This document shows, piece by piece, positions 26,999-35,881 of a stretch of 59,101 nucleotides of DNA. Numbering within the stretch: the first letter of the stretch is position 1; every line of letters begins with the position of its first letter. The notes under the pieces were generated by a model. That model saw nothing but the letters and a program-made list of their open reading frames with translations. It did no database searches and was not told the DNA's origin. The position numbers were made by a program, and so were the translations under genes. The stretch lies in NCBI GenBank assembly GCA_964583965.1, contig CAZOYI010000091.1:1-59101 (forward strand), in the 5' to 3' direction. Source of the DNA: an uncultured Caldisericota bacterium (GTDB lineage Bacteria > Caldisericota > Caldisericia > UBA6126).

Positions 26999-28036
26999 TT
27001 ATCGATAATACTTCACTTTTAAAAGCAAGGGTATAAGTTTTTCAAGGTTTTCAACAATTTTACCAGCACCAAGTGCAACACATAAAACAGGATTTTCAGC
27101 ATTTGAAACTAAAATACCGGTACCTTCAGAAATATATCTTGCCATACCGCGAATTAGAGAGCCTCCACCGGCTAAAAAAATACCTCGGTCAATAATATCA
27201 GCAGCTAGGTCAGGGGGTGTTACTTCTAATGTTGCTTTTAATGCTTCCATGATGCTTATCAATACATCGTTTAGTGCAATTCTAGTTTCTTCAGAGGTTA
27301 TTGTAACAGTCCTCGGAAGTCCAGTTATCAAATCTCTTCCTTTAATTTCAGCTGATGCGATATCGTTGGATGGATAGGCAGCACCAATTTCAATTTTAAT
27401 TTCTTCAGCAGTATAAATACCAACGAGAAGATTGTATTGGCGTTTTAAGTATTGAAGAATGGCTTCGTTCATTTCGTCACCGGCGATTCGAATCGAATTC
27501 TTTGCTACAATACCATTAAGAGAGACTACTGCAACTTCGCATGTACCACCACCTATATCAACGATCATATTGCCCGTAGGTTCATTTACGGGTAAATTGG
27601 CTCCAAGTGCTGCTGCCATAGGCTCTTGAACTAAACCAACATATTTTGCACCAGCTTGATATCCGGCTTCAATAACTGCTCTCATTTCAACTTCAGTGAT
27701 ACCAGACGGAATTCCAATAACAAGTCTTGGACGAATCCTTCCCAAAAGGCCTTTACAAGCTCCAACTTTTTGGATCAGGTATTCAATTAGTTTTTGAGTG
27801 ACTTCAAAATTTGCAATAACTCCATCTTTTAATGGACGAATGATCTGTATAGCTTCGGGGACTCTTCCTGCCATTCGTTTTGCTTCATTGCCAATAGCAA
27901 TGATTTGCCCATTTTCTCTTTGTACTGCCACAATTGAAGGTTCTCGTAGCATTATTCCTTTACCAGCAATATATACAAGTGTGTTTGCTGTTCCTAAATC
28001 AATTGCAATATCTTTACTAAAATGACCAAATCTCAT
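26999..28036 (-). CDS. mreB: Actin-like rod shape-determining protein MreB
   Basis: DIAIDLGTANTLVY, VIGIPSGITEVE, MIVDIGGGTCEVAVVSL and GIFLAGGGSLIRG motifs. 345 aa. Confidence 0.97.
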   Translation of the reverse strand: MRFGHFSKDIAIDLGTANTLVYIAGKGIMLREPSIVAVQRENGQIIAIGNEAKRMAGRVPEAIQIIRPLKDGVIANFEVTQKLIEYLIQKVGACKGLLGRIRPRLVIGIPSGITEVEMRAVIEAGYQAGAKYVGLVQEPMAAALGANLPVNEPTGNMIVDIGGGTCEVAVVSLNGIVAKNSIRIAGDEMNEAILQYLKRQYNLLVGIYTAEEIKIEIGAAYPSNDIASAEIKGRDLITGLPRTVTITSEETRIALNDVLISIMEALKATLEVTPPDLAADIIDRGIFLAGGGSLIRGMARYISEGTGILVSNAENPVLCVALGAGKIVENLEKLIPLLLKVKYYR

Positions 28037-28058
28037 GATTCACTCCAATTAAATAAAT

Positions 28059-28577
28059 TTATGTCACAGTTTGATTAATCTTTGGTAGTGCTATCGTAAC
28101 AATCCATCCTGTGATAAAGCCTCCAAAAAAACCAGAAATTATCAGTAACGGTACATAGTATAGTAAATATTTATCAGGAATAAAAAAAAGAACAATCAAT
28201 AATTGTCCAATATTGTGTGCAATCGCTCCGACAATACTCATGTTAATAATCTTTTTAGGAGACAATGCTACGATTATATACATTCCAGCAAGACTCAGTA
28301 GTATCCCACCAAAAGCAATGCATATAGTTACAGCATTGATGGAAGGCTCGAATAAGCCTGATAAAATAGCCCTAGAAAGAGATAAAAAAACTGCATCACG
28401 AAAACTCAATAAATAGATGCAAAACAAAACAACAATATTGGAAATACCTGGTTTTAGTAAGTAACCACCAATCGGAATGGAGATGTAGGACTCCAAAAAG
28501 TGAAGAATAACACCGATTCCTAGAAGTAATGCAAAAAAAGTAAATCTATGAACCGTAGTTCTCTGCATAGATTTCAT
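28059..28577 (-). CDS. Gx transporter family membrane protein (heptaprenyl-diphosphate-synthase component I-like)
   Basis: 172 aa, about 5 TM. Family-typical blocks LKPGISNIVVLF and SIVGAIAHNIGQLLIV. It overlaps the apbE 3' end, a frequent partnership. Confidence 0.72.
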   Translation of the reverse strand: MKSMQRTTVHRFTFFALLLGIGVILHFLESYISIPIGGYLLKPGISNIVVLFCIYLLSFRDAVFLSLSRAILSGLFEPSINAVTICIAFGGILLSLAGMYIIVALSPKKIINMSIVGAIAHNIGQLLIVLFFIPDKYLLYYVPLLIISGFFGGFITGWIVTIALPKINQTVT

Positions 28578-29556
28578 ACTCGTGAGAAAGGTGATAAAAA
28601 TAAATTGATGATTGAGCTACGAATTGATTTTGTATACTTAGGTGAGGATGATGACCAACAAGAAAAAAATAGGTAGATAAAAAATCTGATTCTAAACCAC
28701 TCCAAGTAGCTACTGTTACTGAAGAGATTTCTGGTATAGCAGATCCAGTTTTAGGGTGTACGATATGAGTATATGTTATTCCATCTTGCTGGAACGACTG
28801 GTGCTTTGAAGAAGAAGTTGAAACAAATCCTCTGTGAATATAAAAACCTTTTTTTACGGCTTTATTGAATGGATTTTCAATACCAACGTATAAGGGTTTT
28901 TCTGTTGCGATGCACAAATTACCACCAAAATCTACAACGAATTGTTCTATGCCGTTTTGGAGAAAGTAATCAGCAATTTTATCCAATGTATATCCTTTCA
29001 ATAATCCTGACAAATCTATATACATACCATTTTTTGGTAAATACACTGTGTTTTCATTTGCATTCAGAATGATTTTCTGATAATTAACGTATCGCAAAGC
29101 ATTACGAATCTCCTTATTTGACGGAACGTGTGGGTGTGAATCTTCAAAACGGTACAATTCTAAAAGCGGTCCGATGGTTATATCAAAAACTCCGTCTGCT
29201 TCTTGGCATAAACGGTATGCTTGCTTGATCAAAAAAAAAGTCTCGACATCTACATGAATAGGGACATATCCAGCATTCTGTTTGATACGATACAAATCAG
29301 AACCAATGGTGTAAACATTCATTTTTCCATCAATTTCTTGAACAATCTTCATGATATTGTCGATATGGTGATCTGAGTATTCTGTAGAGGGCATCTTGAT
29401 GGATAAAAATGTGTTCATTGAAAAAAAAGTACGTTCAGTCCATGTAGAAATATCAGAAGGGTAACATGACAAAAGAAAAGACCCGATAAAACATAATATG
29501 GTGACAATACAAGTGACTCTGATATAGCGAATGGGTTGTTTGATGAGATCAATCAT
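28546..29556 (-). CDS. apbE: FAD:protein FMN transferase ApbE (lipoprotein)
   Basis: Lipobox (FLLSC). FSMNTFLSI, GVFDITIGPL, IDLSGLLKGY, VVDFGGNL and THIVHPKTG motifs. Confidence 0.9.
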   Translation of the reverse strand: MIDLIKQPIRYIRVTCIVTILCFIGSFLLSCYPSDISTWTERTFFSMNTFLSIKMPSTEYSDHHIDNIMKIVQEIDGKMNVYTIGSDLYRIKQNAGYVPIHVDVETFFLIKQAYRLCQEADGVFDITIGPLLELYRFEDSHPHVPSNKEIRNALRYVNYQKIILNANENTVYLPKNGMYIDLSGLLKGYTLDKIADYFLQNGIEQFVVDFGGNLCIATEKPLYVGIENPFNKAVKKGFYIHRGFVSTSSSKHQSFQQDGITYTHIVHPKTGSAIPEISSVTVATWSGLESDFLSTYFFLVGHHPHLSIQNQFVAQSSIYFYHLSHEYEIYAENYGS

Positions 29557-32329
29557 CCTTGGATTGTAATCGCTTTACAATGTCATGAACTGAATATACA
29601 TTAATCCCCTGCAGCATTTTCGGTAAACGATATGAGGTGATATAATATCGAATTCTTATCTTTTTACACAATGCAAATGCTTTTCCCGCTTCTTCAAAAG
29701 TATTGCAAACATCCGACATAGTAGTTGCCTTAGCAATGTCATTGGAATTCAGTTTAACTGTCTTTAACAGGGATACTACTGAAGGATTCAATTTTTTCGA
29801 TGAAATCGATGATATGAAACCCTTCGTGAAATGGTCTAGATATCCTTCAATAAACAAACGGTTTGCTGCTCCAGGATCAAATACAACTGAAGTATAAAAG
29901 AGGTTTTCAAAGTTTGAAACCATCGATTCTTTACTATGTTTTTCTAGAACGGGTTCTTGATAAATCTTTTGAATCATTTCTTTTTTTATCGTAGATATTG
30001 AAGTGTCTTCGGTTTCTTTGCAAGTTTCAGAAAGGGTATGTTTTAGGGTATCCTTGGAAGTGATAAGGTCATCAGAATGATTTATCGTAGACGTAGATGA
30101 ACCAGTTGTAGACGAGTTTTCTATATTATCATTTGGAATAATACTTTCTTGTTTTGGTTGATGAATTTCGTTAAAGATCTTCTCTTCGTCAAGATGTAAG
30201 GAAGGAATTTCTGTTTGAAAATCAATATTTTCCATAATAGGCTCAGATATTCGCAAGCCTTTACGATATTTCTGAGAAGTAGAATTTGTAGCAGAGGAGG
30301 GAGAATCTTCTTTTTGATCTTTACTTTCAGTTGGATCTTGGTTTAACCACTTCGGTTTGTGTGCAGGATCTAGACGAATTTTCTTTTTGGTTTCTATATT
30401 GGATTCTTCTGAAGAATCTATTTCATTTGATGTTGAGGTAGCAGATTCTGTTTCTTCTGCAGAACTTTCATCAGAATTCATGGTAGCAGTAGTCCCAGGA
30501 GTAGCAATAGAATCATTTGAACGAAGATGTTTTCTTACACTTTGTATTGATGAAAAATCCTCTTCATCTTCTGTTGGCGAACAATCCTTAAAAACTCGTG
30601 AGAGTGAATTATTCGAGGGTATTTTGGTTAGTTGCGATCCAACAATCGTGTCAACCTTGGGATGTTTTTTTAAAATCAACAATAAACCAAGAATAAGGAA
30701 AAGTAAGATTAATCCACCAAAGAAAATGGTAAAAATGAGAAGAGTAGGATTAAGGATTTGATGAGAAAATGCTTTCCATCTATATACTGAGAAAAACATA
30801 CTATAGTGAAACATGCCATCAGTAGGATTTGCAAAAAGGGCTCCCTCGCTTGAAGGGGATGTATGAAATGAATACGATAATTGGGAATTCTCAATGGGAG
30901 GAATATAATAAAAAAGCCCCTTATTCGTGTAATTGTGTAATTGGAGACACAAAATTGAGTTATCAGAAGTAATATTGATTTTCTCCAATGGAACAGTTGA
31001 ATAGTAGTTATAGATAGTATATTGATCCAAGGTAACATCCTGATTATTGGAAGGATCAGTGGTTGAAATTTTAGCCTTAGTGTGGGGATGTTGACTGTAT
31101 AGTTCAATTAAGCCTTTTTGGTCTTTCGAAAACTCTTTGGAAATTCGAGAAGATAGTATTGTAAAATCGTTGTCTAAATAGGTACCGTGGCGTCCTGGAG
31201 AAAACTCACCGCCAAAATTTTTACCTGTAGAGAAAGTAAGCACGTAGAATGGTACGTTTGAAGAGGCTGTAAAATATATGTATTCTGGCAGTGAAGGTGT
31301 ATAGCTTTGAATGAGAGATACAACTTTAGATTCTCCAGCTTTACGTAAGGTCACAGTGTCTTTTTTTTCTTTGTATTGAATGCGAATATCGGCATTGTCA
31401 AAAGGAGAATAGAAAAGAAGATCACCAAAACAAAATCCATTCACAGTAGAGTAATTCCCAAATACATAAGAGAAATTTTCATTGTCCAGATATCCAAACT
31501 GCGCTGTGATTGGACTACTTGCAGAAATAGAATAAGCCCCAGGTTGTAGATCATGAATAAAAACACCTTGTTCAGGTTGAACCGTTATATTTTTAACCTG
31601 AAGCTGGTTCTCATCAAGAATTTTTACAATGGTATCTTTTTGATAGGATGATAGCCACAAATGGCCGGGGTGATAGAAAAATAGATGATCCCCAAATAAG
31701 GTTGTTGTATCACTATCTTCAGCTTCCTTGTTTGAGAGTGGATCTGATGCTAAGGAGCTTGCATATATATATACAGGTTTTTGGGATTGAACAAGAATAT
31801 TTGTAGGATTCATCGATGAATATGTATACATTTTGCCTTTTTGTAAAACAAATGATTCAAGTAGCTTTTTGCTGTCAGTGAATATTTCAATCTTGTTTTC
31901 GTCTTCGCAAGAAATGATATGAGCATTTTCGTAATTTACGAAATGATACAATGTGCCTGCTTCCGTAGATATAGGAAGAATTGATGATATTGAGTCTTTT
32001 CGTTCTAGAATTTGAAAAATTTTAATTTCTTCACTTTTTAAAGGAGCATTTAGGAGTAAAAGGTTTTCCTGGGGTGATATACTTGTTGTACAGTGAATAG
32101 ATAAAGTGCCAGATTTAGCCCCTTCTTCAATAAACTGGTAACTTCCATTTGGAGGATTTTGAAGGGGTATCCGAATTTGAGCTCTAGAATAAGATGTTGC
32201 ACTATTGTTTTTGATGGTCAAGTATTGGGGTTTTGCTCCATATACAAAAACAATTGGTAATACCAAAAAAATCGCGAATATGGAAAGTAAAACATTTCGT
32301 ATCATCGAAAGAAATTTTTTATTATTCAT
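29549..32329 (-). CDS. Hypothetical 926-aa bitopic membrane protein (beta-rich ectodomain, TM helix, acidic low-complexity linker, C-terminal globular domain)
   Basis: Signal/anchor LLSIFAIFLVLPIVFVYG. An approximately 500-aa Ser/Tyr/Asn-rich ectodomain with recurring '..S.KPVYIY / SSPITAQF / SSNVPFYV' strands. TM helix LLIFTIFFGGLILLFLILGLLLIL. About 250 aa of S/T/E/D/N-rich sequence. The last 125 aa or so are globular (VVFDPGAANRLFIEGYLD...). I recognise no family. It overlaps rnfB and apbE by 8 nt each. Confidence 0.6.
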   Translation of the reverse strand: MNNKKFLSMIRNVLLSIFAIFLVLPIVFVYGAKPQYLTIKNNSATSYSRAQIRIPLQNPPNGSYQFIEEGAKSGTLSIHCTTSISPQENLLLLNAPLKSEEIKIFQILERKDSISSILPISTEAGTLYHFVNYENAHIISCEDENKIEIFTDSKKLLESFVLQKGKMYTYSSMNPTNILVQSQKPVYIYASSLASDPLSNKEAEDSDTTTLFGDHLFFYHPGHLWLSSYQKDTIVKILDENQLQVKNITVQPEQGVFIHDLQPGAYSISASSPITAQFGYLDNENFSYVFGNYSTVNGFCFGDLLFYSPFDNADIRIQYKEKKDTVTLRKAGESKVVSLIQSYTPSLPEYIYFTASSNVPFYVLTFSTGKNFGGEFSPGRHGTYLDNDFTILSSRISKEFSKDQKGLIELYSQHPHTKAKISTTDPSNNQDVTLDQYTIYNYYSTVPLEKINITSDNSILCLQLHNYTNKGLFYYIPPIENSQLSYSFHTSPSSEGALFANPTDGMFHYSMFFSVYRWKAFSHQILNPTLLIFTIFFGGLILLFLILGLLLILKKHPKVDTIVGSQLTKIPSNNSLSRVFKDCSPTEDEEDFSSIQSVRKHLRSNDSIATPGTTATMNSDESSAEETESATSTSNEIDSSEESNIETKKKIRLDPAHKPKWLNQDPTESKDQKEDSPSSATNSTSQKYRKGLRISEPIMENIDFQTEIPSLHLDEEKIFNEIHQPKQESIIPNDNIENSSTTGSSTSTINHSDDLITSKDTLKHTLSETCKETEDTSISTIKKEMIQKIYQEPVLEKHSKESMVSNFENLFYTSVVFDPGAANRLFIEGYLDHFTKGFISSISSKKLNPSVVSLLKTVKLNSNDIAKATTMSDVCNTFEEAGKAFALCKKIRIRYYITSYRLPKMLQGINVYSVHDIVKRLQSKDD

Positions 32330-33146
32330 CTTTCTCCGTTAAAGCTTGGCGCAAAGATAAGGAATGAACTGGACATATTGTAACACAAATTCCGCAAAGA
32401 TCACATTTTTCAATATCAATAACGGGTAGATTATTTTTAAATGTAATAGCTTTCTGTGGGCATTTTTTTGCACATAAACCGCAAGATATACAACCTACCT
32501 TACATGCTTTACGCACAAGAGAACCTGTGTCGCTGTTACTACATAAGCATAATACTCTTTTTGTGTCGGAAAAAAGATGTATAATGTGTCGAGGACATTT
32601 TTCTACGCAGATTCCACAACCTGTACATATTGATGTATCAATTATTGGTAAGCCATTTTTACCCATTGTTATAGCACTGAATGGACAAGCCTTTGCACAA
32701 TCACCATAGCCAAGGCATCCAAAATTGCACACTCGATCTGATAGTCGCAAATAATGGGCCATAAGACAAGAGCTTGCGCCTCGAGCATCTGCATTGATAA
32801 GTGCTTCATCAATGCCACCTTTGCACAATACTACAGCTACGTATCTGGTTTGCGTTTCTTTTTGAGTGACTCCCATGATTTTTGCTAAAGAATCGATAGT
32901 TTCTTGACCACCTGCTACACAGCCGTTTATTGGAGCATCACCCCTGGCAACTGCTTCTGCAAAAGAACTACAACCCGAATACCCACAAGCACCACAATTT
33001 GCCTGTGTAAGGGCATTCTTTATTTTTTCAACTAAAGGGTTTTCCTTTACATGGAATACATTGGAGAATACTCCTAACATCCAACCAAATAAAAGACCAA
33101 GAGATAATAATATTACTACAGATGAAACTACAATGATCCAGTTCAT
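32322..33146 (-). CDS. rnfB: Rnf complex subunit B (polyferredoxin)
   Basis: N-terminal anchor. CGACGYSGCSSFAEAV motif. Several CxxCxxCxxxCP clusters follow (CTGCGICVEKCP, CISCGLCAKKCP, CDLCGICVTICP). Confidence 0.92.
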   Translation of the reverse strand: MNWIIVVSSVVILLSLGLLFGWMLGVFSNVFHVKENPLVEKIKNALTQANCGACGYSGCSSFAEAVARGDAPINGCVAGGQETIDSLAKIMGVTQKETQTRYVAVVLCKGGIDEALINADARGASSCLMAHYLRLSDRVCNFGCLGYGDCAKACPFSAITMGKNGLPIIDTSICTGCGICVEKCPRHIIHLFSDTKRVLCLCSNSDTGSLVRKACKVGCISCGLCAKKCPQKAITFKNNLPVIDIEKCDLCGICVTICPVHSLSLRQALTEKDE

Positions 33147-33722
33147 TTAACCACCTAATCCTTGCAAACCCATAAAAGCAATAGCAATAAATGAAGCAGC
33201 AATAAATACTATGGGCGCTCCTTTAAAGAATGCTGGGATATTCGAATCCCTCATACGAATTCTGACAGCAGTCATTAGAATCATAGCTAACGTAAAACCA
33301 AGGGAAGACCCAAAAGCAAAAAAGACAGTTTCCAATATAGAGTAGCTTTCTTGTATGTTAATTAGGGTAACACCAAGAATCATACAGTTGGTGGTAATTA
33401 GGGGTAAATAAATCCCCATTACTTTGTAAAGATTCGGGATCATTTTTTTCAGATAGATCTCTACTAATTGTACAAAGACTGCAATGGTTAAAATAAAGAC
33501 AATTGTCTGCAAATACTCTACACCGAATGGAATTAAAACGAAGTAATAAACAAAATAACTTACAACAGAAGCCATTACCGTAACAAATGTAACTGCTCCT
33601 CCCATCCCTATGGAAGAATCCATATCATTGGTGAGTCCAAAAAATGGACATAAACCTAGAAAACGCATAAAAATGAAGTTTTGGGAAAAAACGGTTTGAA
33701 TTAAGATATTGATAAGGCTCAT
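33147..33722 (-). CDS. rnfA: Rnf complex subunit A
   Basis: 191-aa 6-TM NqrE/RnfA-type protein (FLGLCPFFG, YLPLITTNCMILG). Position in the rnfCDGEAB order. Confidence 0.9.
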   Translation of the reverse strand: MSLINILIQTVFSQNFIFMRFLGLCPFFGLTNDMDSSIGMGGAVTFVTVMASVVSYFVYYFVLIPFGVEYLQTIVFILTIAVFVQLVEIYLKKMIPNLYKVMGIYLPLITTNCMILGVTLINIQESYSILETVFFAFGSSLGFTLAMILMTAVRIRMRDSNIPAFFKGAPIVFIAASFIAIAFMGLQGLGG

Positions 33723-34336
33723 CTTGAAACTCCTTTTTTGGAAGTTCTTTTAGTAATGTGGTTCATGATTCCCATTTCAATACCAATAACTAAAAATGCT
33801 CCAGGAGGGAGAATAAACATTAGAGCAGGTTCGTAACTTGAACCAAGAATGGGAAACCCAAGAATAGTCCCATTTCCAAGTATTTCTCGAACGATGGCGA
33901 TGCACACAATTGCAATACCATATCCTAAACTAATGCCTAAACCATCTAATATGGATTCAAATATAGGCTTTTTCGAAGCAAAGGATTCAATCCGTCCAAT
34001 AATGATGCAGTTGACTACAATCAAAGGAATAAAGATACCCAAAGCCTTATTTAGGGAGGGCATATAAGCTTGTAAAAAGAATTGCAGTATTGTAACAAAG
34101 CTTGCTATCACGACAATAAAAATGGGGATACGCAAGCTTTTTGGAATCCATTTCCTAAGAAGGGAGATGGTTACTTCTGAAAGAATAGTGACAAAAGTAA
34201 AAGCTAATGTCATGCCAAGAGCATTTACAACAGATACTGAAACAGCTAATACGCTACACAAACCTAGCATTAAAACGAAAACAGGGTTTTCTTTTAAAAG
34301 ACCCTTGGTTAAAAGATTTTTAAAGTTAGCTTTCAT
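33719..34336 (-). CDS. rnfE: Rnf complex subunit E
   Basis: 205-aa NqrD/RnfE-type protein (NPVFVLMLGLCSVLAV, FIPLIVVNCIIIGR). Position in the operon. Confidence 0.9.
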   Translation of the reverse strand: MKANFKNLLTKGLLKENPVFVLMLGLCSVLAVSVSVVNALGMTLAFTFVTILSEVTISLLRKWIPKSLRIPIFIVVIASFVTILQFFLQAYMPSLNKALGIFIPLIVVNCIIIGRIESFASKKPIFESILDGLGISLGYGIAIVCIAIVREILGNGTILGFPILGSSYEPALMFILPPGAFLVIGIEMGIMNHITKRTSKKGVSR

Positions 34337-34931
34337 TTTCTAGCTCCGATACATGCTCTAAAACAAAGGACACGCTTTTTTTTATCCCATCTGCAAGAGC
34401 TTTTGATGTAATCGTGGATGCGGTAATTGGTGTAATATCTTGTTTAACTATAAAGTTATCAGTTATAGATTTACTTTGAAATTGATCTAAGAAAGATGGT
34501 TTTGTAACATTAGCTCCCAAACCTGGTGTCTCAGAATGTTCAATGATAGAAACAGAATGTATTGTTTCATCAGGGTTTAATCCATAAATGAAAAGAATGA
34601 TCCCTCCATATCCAAGAGTAGAGCCTTTTACAAGGTATCCTAAAAAGGTATCATCATTTGAAAATCCTTTGTATATACAATCTAATGTAATATTGTTTTC
34701 AATCAATTGATTATGGAAGATTGGGGTTTCATTATCACTTATGCATAAGACAAATGACGTTGCATCTGGGTAGATGCTCTTCATGCTTTCTTCGGTTACC
34801 TTTTTTTGCTGGTATTGAATTTGCGGAAGAGTCACTGAATATGTAATGCTTAGTGCTAATCCAGCAACAATACAATAAATTGATAAGACTAGTCCAAGCT
34901 TTACAATTTGTTTTGTAGGATTTTGTTTCAT
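34326..34931 (-). CDS. rnfG: Rnf complex subunit G (FMN-binding)
   Basis: 201 aa. N-terminal anchor and FMN_bind domain (HSETPGLG). Flavinylation-type segment DITPITASTITSKAL. Confidence 0.88.
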   Translation of the reverse strand: MKQNPTKQIVKLGLVLSIYCIVAGLALSITYSVTLPQIQYQQKKVTEESMKSIYPDATSFVLCISDNETPIFHNQLIENNITLDCIYKGFSNDDTFLGYLVKGSTLGYGGIILFIYGLNPDETIHSVSIIEHSETPGLGANVTKPSFLDQFQSKSITDNFIVKQDITPITASTITSKALADGIKKSVSFVLEHVSELENES

Positions 34932-35881
34932 GAGGATTTCTCCTTAATATAACCAACGGGACGTTTGATACGACTATCTAAAAGTGGGGTGATCACATTC
35001 ATCAGTAATATCGCAAATGTAGTGCCTTCGGGCATATTCGCAAAAAAACGAATAAGAACATTTAAAAAACCACATCCAAACCCATAGATAATTTTGCTAG
35101 AAGGTAGCATTGGAGAAGTGACATAGTCTGTTGCCATAAAAAAAGCACCAAACATAACCCCACCGCTAAGTATTGAAAATATCGGATCCATACCAAACAG
35201 CCAAGAGAAAACAAATACCGTCAGAATATATATCGTAGGAATATACCATTGAATCGTTTTGGAAACTAGTAAAACAATAAGTCCGATAAGGATTCCGGGA
35301 ATAAAAACTTCGCCGATGCAACCCCCGCGTATTCCAAAAAACATATTATTATACAAAACTGGGAGAGATTCCTGAAACAGATGAATTACTCCATCCATTC
35401 CATTTTCTGCAAAAACTGCCAAAGGAGTAGAGGTGGTAATGATATCAAAAGGTTTTAACCATGAGGTCATGTGTGCGGGAAATGATAACACTAAGAAAGC
35501 TCGACCAATCAAAGCTGGGTTGAAAGGATTATGACCCAAACCACCAAATACCTGTTTTGAAAAGATAGCAAAAAAACTCCCTATTGCGGGAAGCCAAAGT
35601 GGTATACCCGGAGGACAGCATAGCGCAAGTAAAAAGCCTGTTACTAAAGCACTGCCGTCGAGATAGGTTAAAGGTATTCGCAGAATCTTTTGTAAAACTA
35701 CTTCACTTAAGATTGCAGAAGCAATCGATACTACAATAAGGGGGAGCGTGTTTGTCCACCCAAAAATAAGTATTCCTCCAATGGTTGAAGGAATCAAAGA
35801 AATACTGACCATATTCATAAGAAAAGCAGTATTGATTTTAGAACGTATATGGGGTGATGCAGTGATTACATAATTCTTCAT
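34928..35881 (-). CDS. rnfD: Rnf complex subunit D
   Basis: 317-aa polytopic NqrB/RnfD-type protein. SPHIRS N-terminus. DIITTSTPL flavinylation-type motif. MATDYVTSP. Confidence 0.9.
   Translation of the reverse strand: MKNYVITASPHIRSKINTAFLMNMVSISLIPSTIGGILIFGWTNTLPLIVVSIASAILSEVVLQKILRIPLTYLDGSALVTGFLLALCCPPGIPLWLPAIGSFFAIFSKQVFGGLGHNPFNPALIGRAFLVLSFPAHMTSWLKPFDIITTSTPLAVFAENGMDGVIHLFQESLPVLYNNMFFGIRGGCIGEVFIPGILIGLIVLLVSKTIQWYIPTIYILTVFVFSWLFGMDPIFSILSGGVMFGAFFMATDYVTSPMLPSSKIIYGFGCGFLNVLIRFFANMPEGTTFAILLMNVITPLLDSRIKRPVGYIKEKSS

Noticed and set aside
29231-29239. Homopolymer tracts of 8-9 nt inside coding regions, considered as possible phase-variation switches. Examples: A9 in apbE, A9 at about 5951 in rluB, T8 at about 24947 in mrdA.
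   Set aside because: They occur in essential or housekeeping genes and encode Lys/Phe runs, as expected at this base composition. There is no enrichment in surface-protein genes.
30357-30761. A 134-aa plus-strand ORF (and a 132-aa alternative-frame ORF at 30709-31107) inside the 926-aa gene. Similar antisense ORFs occur at 183-458, 44717-45001 and 48396-48683.
   Set aside because: They lie opposite or out of frame to much longer ORFs with coherent domain structure. They have low-complexity or hydrophobic nonsense composition and no RBS. These are typical shadow ORFs of AT-rich DNA.
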